Positions 49,970 to 59,900 of a stretch of DNA of 64,000 nt are shown piece by piece. The stretch's first letter is position 1, and every line of letters begins with the position of its first letter. Position numbers and translations under genes: made by a program. The notes below the pieces were generated by a model. That model made no database searches. It was given only the letters and a program-made list of their open reading frames with translations, and had not been told where the DNA came from. The DNA lies in assembly GCA_963845185.1 (NCBI GenBank), contig CAWJRG010000010.1, forward strand, positions 608,001-672,000, read 5' to 3'. Origin of the DNA: an uncultured bacterium. Lineage in GTDB: Bacteria; Oederibacteriota; PGYV01; CAWJRG01.

Positions 49970-50432
49970 TATTTTAACTTTAATTTTTTGTCATAAAAGA
50001 TTTGTTCATGATTTTTACTCATATTTTTCACCTCTAATTAACATTCGCATATCAAAAGTAGTTTAAAATTCACAGTTTTAAGCATTTAAATTATACGCCT
50101 CATTGTTTATCGCGTCAATAATATTTGAAATCTTATAAAAAATATTAATGATTTTAATTAAAAATTGACAATTCAAACCAATTTTCCATTTCAAATTTGG
50201 GATTCGAATGCCAAATCCTATACCAGCCGTTTACCCATGTACCAGTCTTTTCATTCCGGTACATGGCCCTAAACCCGAACCATAAGTGAATGGTTTAGGG
50301 CTACTTCGTCCACCATACATTTTTAACAATTTCCAATTCTCAATTCCCAATTTTCAATGAAAAATTTTTGTGTCCTGCACATTTCGTTTACAAACAAAAT
50401 CATTTAATATGTTAAAACCCTTACCATTATAT

Positions 50433-50975
50433 TTATTGAGGAGATTTGTATAATTCCAATAATGTACTTACTGCTTTATCATATTTTGGAGTTGTAGTCC
50501 CTACAACCTTTGTGCTTATAGTTGGTGTCGCATTTGCAATAGCTACGGTTTGCATTATTGCAAATCCTTTTGCAATTTTTGCGACAGCCAGGCTTTGGGA
50601 ATCGATAAAATTTTGCAGGGCAAGTACACCTTTGAGAGCCTCATCGCTGCACGGGGTCATACGCAGTGTTTCGAGCGCGCTTTTTAACTTAAGTTTCAGC
50701 CGGATTGAATCCTGATCCAGTGTTTGCTGAAAATTAGTGATTTCATTCTTTGTATTAACAGAAATTTGGCCGCTGCCCAGTACATTTGCTACATTTGAAA
50801 CTGCCAATGCCACGGAAGTATCGTACCCTTGAGTATAATCAGCAAAATCTTTTGAAACATCTATGTCTCTTACAGGCTCTCCGTTCGCGCATCTAATTGG
50901 GCATCCACAGCATGAACTTATTACTAATACAGATACTAATAATAACAGTAAACATAAAAATCGTTTTGTATTCAT
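50433..50975 (-). CDS. Hypothetical lipoprotein
   Basis: AGGAGG before ATG 50975, MNTKRFLCLLLLLVSVLVISSC lipobox. Confidence 0.65.
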   Translation of the reverse strand: MNTKRFLCLLLLLVSVLVISSCCGCPIRCANGEPVRDIDVSKDFADYTQGYDTSVALAVSNVANVLGSGQISVNTKNEITNFQQTLDQDSIRLKLKLKSALETLRMTPCSDEALKGVLALQNFIDSQSLAVAKIAKGFAIMQTVAIANATPTISTKVVGTTTPKYDKAVSTLLELYKSPQ

Positions 50976-51668
50976 TATTACCCTCCTTTTACTTTTTTTA
51001 TATGCCTTAAACTTCCTCTTTATCTTTCCGCGGGCACAAATTCCATTCAGTAATTTGTATTTGGCATTTGGGATTCGAACGCCTAATGCCAAACCCCTAA
51101 CAATGGTGCTACTCCAAATAATTGCATTTTTACAATTCTTCTTTGTCTTTCCACGGGCACGAGGAATAAGGTCTCATCGTGAATGAAAAATCGCAGGACG
51201 TGTCAAAAACCGGTGATTCCCTTTTAAATCCCAGTACTTTTAATCTTGTATTGATTTCAAGGGCATTATTATTATTCATCTGTTTAAGCCTGCAGAAACA
51301 TACCGTAATCAGCTCATGCCTGCCGAAAGTCTTTAAGGATTCTTTTTTCTTTGCTATATTTTTGCAATTCATTTGTACACTTTACCCCTGCAGGCGGACT
51401 CCGCCTGCTGTATAACTAACTGTATCCCTTAATATTTGTTTTGTCAAGGTGAAAGCACCCCCCGGGTGTTGCAGGGATAAATAAAACAAGGCAGGCCAAG
51501 GGGGGTTTGGAGGGGAATGGGGGATAAAGGCCTGCCCTGTGTATTCATCTCTAAATTTTTATCTTTCGCATTAAATGATACATTAATAATTCCGGTATTT
51601 CAAGAAACAAAATCAACTTTTCATACTCTTTTTTCTTCCACGGGATTTAACTGATGATTGCCCGCATA

Positions 51669-53147
51669 TTATTTCAGTACAATAAATTTATCAACCCTGC
51701 TAAAATTTGTTGTCTTTCCTTTTTGCTTGTATGCTATAAAATATATGCCGCTTGCAAGGTTTTGCACGTTGATTTCAACGGTATTTACCCCTGCGTTCAA
51801 ATTCTGGCTAATTTTTCCTATCAACCTGTATGCCGCTGTATAAATGGTTAATTCTATATTGGCGTCTTCTGTGATGTTAAATACATATTTAAGCTTGTCT
51901 TTTGCAGGGTTTGGATATATCAGCGACTTGCCAGGCGCAACTGCCAGGGGAGGAGGGGTCGGAGCCGGGCATAGCGGTTGCGCCGTCCCTGTCAGCCATG
52001 CCAGAACATCCGCGCCGTGGCACGAGGTGGGCGTATAGCTCCAATCCTTTATGAGTGTGGGCCCTGAATACGGGTTCAGGTCCCATGCAGTCGCGTTGTA
52101 CATGTAATTCGCGTTATTGCCGCCGTCAAGCCATGAAATAAAGCTGGACTCATACGGGTTGCACCCGCTGTCGTCCCAGCCGCAGCAGTTGCCTTCGTTG
52201 TTTGTGCCGCCCATTAAAGACCCGAATTCCCCTACTATGACGCAGTAACCGGCGTTCACTGCCACCCCTACATACTGGTCCCAGCTTGCCGCGTCATTGT
52301 TCCCCGGGTTGCCGTAATATATATGCGCGTCATAAGCTATGCCGTAACCTGTCAGGGTGTTGCCGGTGTTCCTGTCCGTTATCGGATTCGACGGTACTCC
52401 GGTCAGGTCATGCGCCCAGACCAGGCCGTCCACAATGGCTATATTCTTCGCACCTGTATCGCGGATAGTCTCTACCATAGTCTGGTATCCCGGGCTGACA
52501 AAACTGCCGGTCCAGCCGCCGTTCTGCCATGTGGTCAACGGCATATAAGTCGGCTCATTATAAAGGCCGAAAAGCACAGCAGGGTTATTGCCGAATGTCA
52601 CGGCAAGGCTCTGCCAGAACACCAGGGCATTCATGTCACACATGGCCGGCCCGGTTGCCTGCACAGAAGTGGAAGTACCCCATGTGCCAAGGCCTGACCA
52701 GTGCAAATCCAGGATCACATAGCAGTTGAGTGCCGACGCAGTGTTTACCATATCGGCAACAAGGGTTCTGTAATTGCTCTGGTTTGTCAAATCCTGCGTG
52801 GTAGAGGAAGATGTTACGCCGTTACTGTAGCCAAACCAAAAATCCTGGTTTAAGGGTATCCTTACGATATTGGCTTTCCATGTGTTCACTGCCACGGTTA
52901 TTGACTGTGTCATATCCCCGCCTGGCCCGCTTGCCAGGCCTTTGCCGTCCGCTTCCCATTCCAGCCCGTCCACGTTTACGCCCACGAGCCTTACAGGGCA
53001 GCCGGTCGCCGCGTTTACAAAGTATTTTCCCGACACCGCAAGCTGCGGAGGCGCCGCAATAAGGACTGTATTTATAAGGAATATGCATGATAATGCTGTG
53101 AAGGTTATAAATATAATCTTTGGTACTAGATTAATGCTCTTATACAT
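51669..53147 (-). CDS. GH5 glycoside hydrolase (endoglucanase-like) with T9SS-like C-terminal domain
   Basis: LVGVN, NIVRIPL, YVILDLHW, LYNEP, VGEFG; C-terminus IYPNPAKD...LASGIYF. Confidence 0.9.
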   Translation of the reverse strand: MYKSINLVPKIIFITFTALSCIFLINTVLIAAPPQLAVSGKYFVNAATGCPVRLVGVNVDGLEWEADGKGLASGPGGDMTQSITVAVNTWKANIVRIPLNQDFWFGYSNGVTSSSTTQDLTNQSNYRTLVADMVNTASALNCYVILDLHWSGLGTWGTSTSVQATGPAMCDMNALVFWQSLAVTFGNNPAVLFGLYNEPTYMPLTTWQNGGWTGSFVSPGYQTMVETIRDTGAKNIAIVDGLVWAHDLTGVPSNPITDRNTGNTLTGYGIAYDAHIYYGNPGNNDAASWDQYVGVAVNAGYCVIVGEFGSLMGGTNNEGNCCGWDDSGCNPYESSFISWLDGGNNANYMYNATAWDLNPYSGPTLIKDWSYTPTSCHGADVLAWLTGTAQPLCPAPTPPPLAVAPGKSLIYPNPAKDKLKYVFNITEDANIELTIYTAAYRLIGKISQNLNAGVNTVEINVQNLASGIYFIAYKQKGKTTNFSRVDKFIVLK

Positions 53148-53158
53148 AAAGCTCTCCT

Positions 53159-53260
53159 ATGATAGCGTTTATTTTGTCGAGCCAAAGGCAGCAACAAAAT
53201 ATTACGCTATCATGTACCCGCTCAAGTCCAAGGCCACAAAGGCGAGGACAAGTGGTACTA
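53159..53260 (-). repeat. Two-hairpin leader motif, copy A (complete)
   Basis: GTACC..GGTAC hairpin followed by ATGATAGCGT..ACGCTATCAT hairpin ending at AGGAG; sits downstream of TTAACT-17-TATAAT (53278-53306). Confidence 0.8.
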
Positions 53261-53389
53261 GTCTCTTGGCTGTATTAATTATACAGCTAAAAAACCTGAA
53301 AGTTAATTCTATTTAGTAAAACAAATTATCCGCCTTGCTATATGAACAAAATATCCCTGAGCCTTATTTTCTGCCCAAGGCTGATGCCT

Positions 53390-55015
53390 TCAGTCTATTA
53401 CAATATCAAGTGATTCTTCTTTAGTCTTCCCGCGCTTGGGCCCGTGGGTGTGCGGCTGTCGCACAACATTTGCCGGAAGCATCAGGGCCAGCGGCACCGC
53501 TATCATGACCACCAGCGCGGCTATAAAAAATGTGTCCTGAAAAGCCTTTATCACGCCTGATTTGACAATGGCGCCCATCAGCATGCCTCTTGAGGCCAGC
53601 ATTGACGTGCCGAAACCGTAGCCCAGCTCGTGGACATGCGCCATGATATTTTCCAGCGACTGCCTGAAAGCAGGGTTTGATGCCTTTATGTTTTGCCCGG
53701 CCATCGCTATATGGAACACCGACCTGTTTGAAAGGATTGCGGTGAAAAAGGCTATGCCTATGGACGCTCCCACCTGCTGTATTATGCTGTTCATCGAGGA
53801 CGCAATGCCTATTTTTCTTTGCGGCACGGAATTCATGAATGCCAGCATGACCGGCGCCATAAGCAGGCCCATGCCTATGCTTCTTAACATCATCGGGTAT
53901 ATCATTCCCCATATGCCCGTATTCACGTCAAGCTTGTCGTAAACAAGCAGGCTGTAAGCCACTATCAAAACTCCTATTGTGCACGGTATTCTCGGCCCTA
54001 TCCTGTCGGACATAATGCCGACCAGGGGCAGTACGATCCCCATAAAAAGCGCTGACGGCAGCATCAACATCCCGCTCTGGAGCGCTGTGTACCCCATCTG
54101 CTGCTGCACAAAAACAGGTATTAAAAAAATCGAGCCGAAAAGCCCGGCGGACCGCGCCACTGTTATTGCCGTGGCGCTGGCGAATACCGGGATTTTAAAA
54201 AGGCTCAGGTCTATTATGGGGTAATCAATGTATGAATCCACAAGCATAAAGCCTATGAAGCCGATTGCAGCCAGGCTGAAGCAGGTAATTATGAAAGCGG
54301 ATGACCATCCCTCCCTCTGGCCTTTTGAAAGGCCGAGCAGCGCAAAAACGAGAAACACCGATAAAAAGCCGAACCCCCAGAAATCAAACGGTTTTTTGAC
54401 CAGCTTGTGCGGTGCGTCCTTGAGGAGCAGTTCCATGGCAGCCACAATGCCTATTATGCCGAGCGGCAGGTTGACGAAAAAAATCGAGCGCCACCCGAAA
54501 TAGTCAGTAAGGAACCCGCCGAGCGTGGGACCGAACGCAGGCCCGATTATTATCGCCACGCCGAATACGCCCATGGAGCTCCCTCTCTCTTCCGGCGGGA
54601 AAACTTCAGCTGCCATTGCCATGGATGTGGGCTGCATTGCCCCGCCGCCAAAAGCCTGTATTACGCGCGCGAATATCAGCATGGGCAGGTTCCATGCAAG
54701 CCCGCACAGGACCGAGCCGAGCGTAAAAAGGAAAAGCGCGCCTATATAAATGTTCCTGTACCCTATCCTATCCCGCAGCCATCCTGTCATGGGCATTAGC
54801 GTAGCAAAGGCCAGCATGTAGCCCGTCGATACCCATTCTATATCATCAAGGTTCACGCCGAAATCAGCCATTATTTTCGGGATGGACACGTTGACGATGG
54901 ACTGGTCTATTGCCGCCATAATCATGCCAAGCATGACAATACCCATAACCACCCATTTATATCCTTCCGGAAATTTCTGCTGCTTAATTTGCTGTAAGTG
55001 CGGTTCCTGCGCCAT
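53390..55015 (-). CDS. DHA2 (EmrB/QacA) family MFS efflux transporter
   Basis: DQSIVNVSIP, GWLRDRIG, GPAFGPTLGG, WRSIFFVNLPLG; 14-TM pattern. Confidence 0.93.
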   Translation of the reverse strand: MAQEPHLQQIKQQKFPEGYKWVVMGIVMLGMIMAAIDQSIVNVSIPKIMADFGVNLDDIEWVSTGYMLAFATLMPMTGWLRDRIGYRNIYIGALFLFTLGSVLCGLAWNLPMLIFARVIQAFGGGAMQPTSMAMAAEVFPPEERGSSMGVFGVAIIIGPAFGPTLGGFLTDYFGWRSIFFVNLPLGIIGIVAAMELLLKDAPHKLVKKPFDFWGFGFLSVFLVFALLGLSKGQREGWSSAFIITCFSLAAIGFIGFMLVDSYIDYPIIDLSLFKIPVFASATAITVARSAGLFGSIFLIPVFVQQQMGYTALQSGMLMLPSALFMGIVLPLVGIMSDRIGPRIPCTIGVLIVAYSLLVYDKLDVNTGIWGMIYPMMLRSIGMGLLMAPVMLAFMNSVPQRKIGIASSMNSIIQQVGASIGIAFFTAILSNRSVFHIAMAGQNIKASNPAFRQSLENIMAHVHELGYGFGTSMLASRGMLMGAIVKSGVIKAFQDTFFIAALVVMIAVPLALMLPANVVRQPHTHGPKRGKTKEESLDIVID

Positions 55016-55185
55016 TTAAAGTTTCCCTTCTAATCCTGAAATTCGGCTGATAACCAAACCGGCAAAATAATAATTTCAATGCTTATAACGAATATACTCC
55101 TGAAAGCAGGCTTATTCAATAAATTTTTGTGGTTTTTGGATTGGATGAGGCAGGAATTAAGATGGATATATTCCGTCACAAAAAC

Positions 55186-55227
55186 AAAAAAACCCCCACC
55201 GATGGCGGTGACCGAATCGGCGGGGGT
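55186..55227 (-). terminator. Intrinsic terminator after the GH30 gene
   Basis: ACCCCCGCCGAT...ATCGGTGGGGGT followed by a T run. Confidence 0.8.
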
Positions 55228-55248
55228 CTCCCCTTATGTCAAATTTTA

Positions 55249-58200
55249 TTATTTAAGTATCAATATTGTTGAAAAGCCTGCGCTGGATATGCCCTGGCCT
55301 TTCATTTCTACCTTGAGCCTGTAAGCGCCGGGTGCAAGCGTCTGGCCGCCTGAAGCTTTACCGCTCCATTGCACCGTGTGGTCCCCTGTGGAAACGTAAT
55401 AGACTCCTGTAAGCTCCTGCTGCCATATGAGCCTGCCGGACACTGTGTATACTTTCAAATATACTGTAGTGTCCGGGGATGGGACATAGACTCTCTGACC
55501 TAAGGCTGCGGCAGCCGCTCCTGTGGATGTAGTGTTCACAGTGTACTTTATATTCACACCTGTTGCCGCTGTCGCAGGGTTCGGGTAAGTCATTACATTG
55601 GAAACCACGGCTGTACTTTGAGTAGATGAAGGCTCCTGTCCCCAGACCAGCACTCCCGAAGAATATGCAGTTACCCTGGTCCATGCCTGCCAGCTCTGCG
55701 TATTTGAGTAGCTCCAGTCGTTTGACTGCACCATGGCGGACCAGTCTGATTTGTTGAACCTTGCCTGGATCTCTATCGTCTGTCCGGGCTGCAGCACCAG
55801 GTTTCCCGTAAATTTGTAACTTATGTAATCGGTCTGTCCTCCCAGAGTTGTCGGTACTACCGTGGTTTGCACATCCTGGGTAACCGAGGTTCCGGCCGGC
55901 AGTAATCCCGCCCAATCAACCCAGGCCTGTATTGCCTGGCCTGTGCAGTCGCAGTTAAACCAGTACCTCACCTCTATATTATTAAGGTTTATCGCAGAGG
56001 TACCACTGTTTACTATCTGGAACTGCGGGTGCGGGCTGTTTGAATTGTTGTTGGTGTCAGCGCTTCTTAGTTCAATGGTCAGATTCACAGTAGTTGGCAC
56101 TGTAGGTGATGGCGTTATCGGCGTATTCGTCGGAACAGGCGTTGTTGGTGTCGCTGACGGCGTTATTGGTGTATTCGTAGGTACAGGTGTCGTAGGTGTT
56201 GCTGACGGCGTTATTGGCGTGTTCGTTGGAACCGGTGTCGTCGGTGTCGCTGACGGCGTTATTGGCGTGCTTGTTGGAACCGGTGTCGTCGGTGTCGCTG
56301 ACGGCGTTATTGGCGTGTTTGTTGGAACCGGCGTCGTCGGCGTCGCTGACGGCGTTATTGGCGTGTTCGTCGGAACCGGCGTCGTTGGCGTCGCTGACGG
56401 TGTCACCGGTGTATTTGTCTTTGTGAATGTATTGGTACTTGTGAAAGTATTCGTCGCCGTATAAGTGTTCGTGAAAGTATTTGTCGGCGGCACCGGCGTA
56501 TTTGTCTTTGTAAAAGTATTGGTGCTTGTTAATGTATTCGTCGCCGTGTAAGTCAGTGTATTGGTACTCGTTAACGTATTCGTCGGCGTATAAGTAAACG
56601 TATTGGTGCTCGTTAACGTATTGGTTGGCGTCGCCGGCTGGGGTATTATCTGGATAGCGCATACCTGTGCATTGTCCGCGCTCGCGGGCCCGAACTGGAT
56701 CGTGATCTGCCCGTTGCTTGGCGATATATTGTTAAACACTTTATCGTCAGCTTTGTATTCCGCACCCGAATCAGCGAATATGTCGAAGTTGCTCAGGACC
56801 TGGGTGCCGTTTATCGACACGTTGAACACACGCGACCCGGCTGCGGTCCAGATATGTCTCGGCGAATTTCAGCGTTACCTGGTAGCTGCCCGCTGGCACG
56901 TTAAATGTGTAAGTAAACGGGTTGCCGTACCTTTCACTCTGGTAAAGTGTCGGGTCCGTGGTATTTGAAATACTGTTTGTTAAAGTTTTTGCCGTGCCGC
57001 TGCTGTAATTCTCATCCGCGGCCCACACATTGCCGCTGCCGTCCGTATACGACGAACCTCCGGCATCCACCCTCCATATTGACTGAATAACGGGCGTCGG
57101 TGTCGGCGAAGGAGTAACAGGTGTATTCGTAGGAGCGGGTGTAGTTGGAGTCGAAGTCGGCCCCACCGGTGTATTTGTCTTTGTGAAAGTATTGGTCGGT
57201 ATAGGCGTCGTAGGCTGCGGTGTCACTCCGCCTGATGTGCCTACAAATGACATCACGCTCTGCGCCGGCAGCGAATAGGTAAAGCTGTTCCCGGAAACTG
57301 ACACGGCAGACTGCGCAACGAGGTTATTGTTAGCGTCCGTTTGCCAGGGCGTGACCGACGTCGCGGAAAGCCCGTTAAGGCTGAACTGCTGGCTTGTGGC
57401 CGACGAATTCTGGTTTATGACGACTATAACGAACTTGCCTGAGTTCGGGTCCGTATATGCCGAGCAGCTCAGGCCCGATGTCGGCGCCTCTGTAGCGCCT
57501 ATGCGGACGAAGCCGGGCTTGACGAACTTGCTGTAGTTGCCAATGGTATAAAGCCTCTTTGTCGGGTTGCCGCTCGAGTCGCACAGCCCCTCATCGTCGG
57601 AGCCCGTTGGGACCAGCCACCAGTAACAAAATGCGTTGAAATTGTTGTCCACGATACATTTGTGAAGCAGAGCGGCGTAGTAGATACCGCTGTCTATATT
57701 ATTATCGCTGGTTTTCTCCGAGATCTCCGTCTCCCAGCTCTCGACCGTATGGCCGGCAGTAGTGGAATAACTGGACGGTATCGCGGTAGGGCCGCCGCCG
57801 TACAGGTGCATGCCGATGACTTTCACGTATTTCGCCGCGTTCGAGTCCGCCATAGTGGTGTTGGAACCGGTCAGGTTGTCCGCAAAGGATTCCGGCATCA
57901 TGATGATGTTGTTAAAACCGGCGGCTGCGAGGTCCGGGCCCAGGTAGCTGCCGATGAAGGTGTCAAATGCCGATGGCGACCAGAGGCAGGCATCATAGCT
58001 GGGGTCGTAGTCCGGTTCGTTCTGGACCGAGATCGCGTAAAGTGTAAAACCGTAGGTGTTTTTGCAGGCTGTAACAAAGCTTGTCAGGTAGCTGGCATAG
58101 TCGCCATAGTGCGAGGTGTTAAGCTGGTTGGAGTTGGATCCGGGATTGAAGTTGTCGTTGCCGGTGTTGTTGCCGCTTGTGCTGTTGTTGTTCTTCCATT

Positions 58201-58534
58201 TCGCCGGCGGGCTCCACGGGCTGGCAAAGACCCTGACGTTGGGGTTGATGGCCAGTGCCTGTGTCGCAAATGCGCATTGTGAGCCCCAGTTGCCGTTGCC
58301 GGAATCATCAATGCCGAGGCGAAGTATGGATAGCCCGGCATGGCCGTTGGTGGAATCGTCCGCCCAGAAAGTGTTGGCAAGCGAGGACGAGAATGTGTTG
58401 TCCCATTGGCTGCTTGCACCGAAACCTGAGATCGTTTGGTATTTTGTGGTTGAATCAATTGTAGCTGTTCCTGCAAAAACTTGTGAAACAAAAACTAAAA
58501 GTAAAGCCATTAAACCGATTAACTGTTTTTTCAT
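55249..58534 (-). CDS. Modular GH30 (xylanase-like) - malectin - Thr/Pro linker - CBM3 - FlgD/T9SS-like domain; frameshifted near 56851
   Basis: QTISGFGAS, ASPWSPP, VQNEPD, WETE. Malectin KFAETY|WTAAGSRVFNV is restored by removing one base (1094 aa). CBM3 EVRYWF...QSNDWSY; TYPNPA C-terminus. Confidence 0.88.
56100..56418 (-). repeat. Coding tandem repeat, 48-nt unit (TNTPITPSATPTTPVP), six copies plus a partial
   Basis: Seen directly in DNA and protein. Confidence 0.9.
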
Positions 58535-58564
58535 TTTTACACCTCATTTTGACCTGGATTTTCA

Positions 58565-58613
58565 TTGCACACGTGTGCAAATAAAATATATCAAATAATT
58601 ATAAATTTGTCAA
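58565..58613 (-). promoter_or_regulatory. GH30 promoter and LacI-type operator
   Basis: TTGACA (58608-58613), 17 nt, TATATT (58585-58590); perfect 16-bp palindrome TTGCACACGTGTGCAA at 58565-58580. Confidence 0.8.
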
Positions 58614-58796
58614 GCATTTTCACGTTTTATTTTCCAATAATGAACGTTCATAATATGATTGCGAAAAACAAATACCTTGCAGTTTAAAACGACGTTTTAA
58701 AAAATGATTAGATGGATTACTGCACACTATAAAATTTAAAAATAGCTCGCAATGACAGATTCTGTCGTTTATCCCTCTGACTGAATTCTCATTTTT

Positions 58797-59810
58797 TCAT
58801 GTGCTGTTCCTTATAATAAGCTCGGGGTAGAATATCTCGTCGTGCATGTTTTTCAAATCATTCTCCTGTATTGCCCTGACAGCAATCTCGACGGCTTTCC
58901 TGCCCATCTCAGCTGCCGGCTGCCTGACAGCTGTCATGCCTGCAGCGAGAGACAGGCGCATGTCGTCCTGGCTTACGATCGCCAGGTCATCGGGTATCTT
59001 CAGCCCTTTTTTCCTTGCCTCATCGAGCACCCTCAGCATGTAGCCCTCTCCTGCCGCGAAATATATAGCGTCCACTTTTTTGTCCAGGAAAAAATTCAGC
59101 GCTGTCCTGTGCACCTCCGGGTAGTCTTCGGGGAATTCGAATATGTTATGTTCGCCGGCGTTAAGGCCGTGGCTTGCCATGATCCTTTTGAAACCGGTCA
59201 GCCTTTCCTTGTAGCTCTGCACATAGCGCGTGTTGCCTATCATCATTCCTATTCTTTTCCTGCCCCTCTCCACAAGGTGGTTCACTGCCAGTACAGCAGC
59301 TTTCTCATTGTCGTAGTGCACCCTGTGACCCCACAAGCCCCTGCCTTCTATAAATACTACGTGTATTCCAGCCTGCCTGTACCTGTCCAGTATATTCCCC
59401 CTGCCTGTCATATTGGCAGTTATTATGATGACTGCCTCGGCCTTTCTCTCGTCGAGTATCTTTTCAAATATATATGTGTCCCTGCCTTGGGTGCCTACAA
59501 CCGTGAATTTTTGGGTGGTATAATAATCCATCTCAAACCCGGTATTTATCATTGCAGGCTCTATCCCGCGCATGACCTCGGCCGGGTAAATGGAAAAATA
59601 CGAGAATGTCACTATGGCTATTGCGTTTGATTTTGCCCTTGCCAGGCCTTTTGCGGCAGTATTCGGGATATAATTCATTTCCATTGCAGTCTGCCTGATT
59701 TTTTCGGCAGTTGCCTTGTTTATGCGCGGGTCATTATTCAGGGCGCGCGACACAGTTGAATGGTTTATGCCAAGCTTTTTTGCTATGTCCTTGATTGTGG
59801 TTAGTTTCAT
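58797..59810 (-). CDS. LacI-family transcriptional regulator
   Basis: TIKDIAKKLGINHSTVSRALN HTH, YIPNTAAKGL, IPDDLAIVSQDD. Confidence 0.96.
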   Translation of the reverse strand: MKLTTIKDIAKKLGINHSTVSRALNNDPRINKATAEKIRQTAMEMNYIPNTAAKGLARAKSNAIAIVTFSYFSIYPAEVMRGIEPAMINTGFEMDYYTTQKFTVVGTQGRDTYIFEKILDERKAEAVIIITANMTGRGNILDRYRQAGIHVVFIEGRGLWGHRVHYDNEKAAVLAVNHLVERGRKRIGMMIGNTRYVQSYKERLTGFKRIMASHGLNAGEHNIFEFPEDYPEVHRTALNFFLDKKVDAIYFAAGEGYMLRVLDEARKKGLKIPDDLAIVSQDDMRLSLAAGMTAVRQPAAEMGRKAVEIAVRAIQENDLKNMHDEIFYPELIIRNST

Positions 59811-59816
59811 GTTGAT

Positions 59817-59845
59817 ATTATAAAATATATAATCAATTTAGGCAA
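59817..59845 (-). promoter_or_regulatory. sigma70 promoter, leaderless architecture
   Basis: TTGCCT-17-TATAAT, then 6 nt to the LacI ATG; no Shine-Dalgarno. Confidence 0.7.
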
Positions 59846-59900
59846 GATTAGTATCATGCATGAAAATCTATATGTGCCCATCCAACCGTTATTGCTTTAT

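Noticed and set aside
51061..51093. GGGATTCGAA (also near 50199) resembling a tRNA T-loop or att site
   Set aside because: No T-stem pairing, acceptor stem or cloverleaf; it is the centre of a TTGGCATT...AATGCCAA dyad.
51130..51415. Overlapping 78-80 aa ORFs
   Set aside because: No recognisable motif or clear RBS; cannot be supported as genes.
56100..56630. Regularly spaced repeats resembling a CRISPR array
   Set aside because: The units are contiguous, lack unique spacers, vary at synonymous positions and encode a Thr/Pro linker; no cas genes are present.
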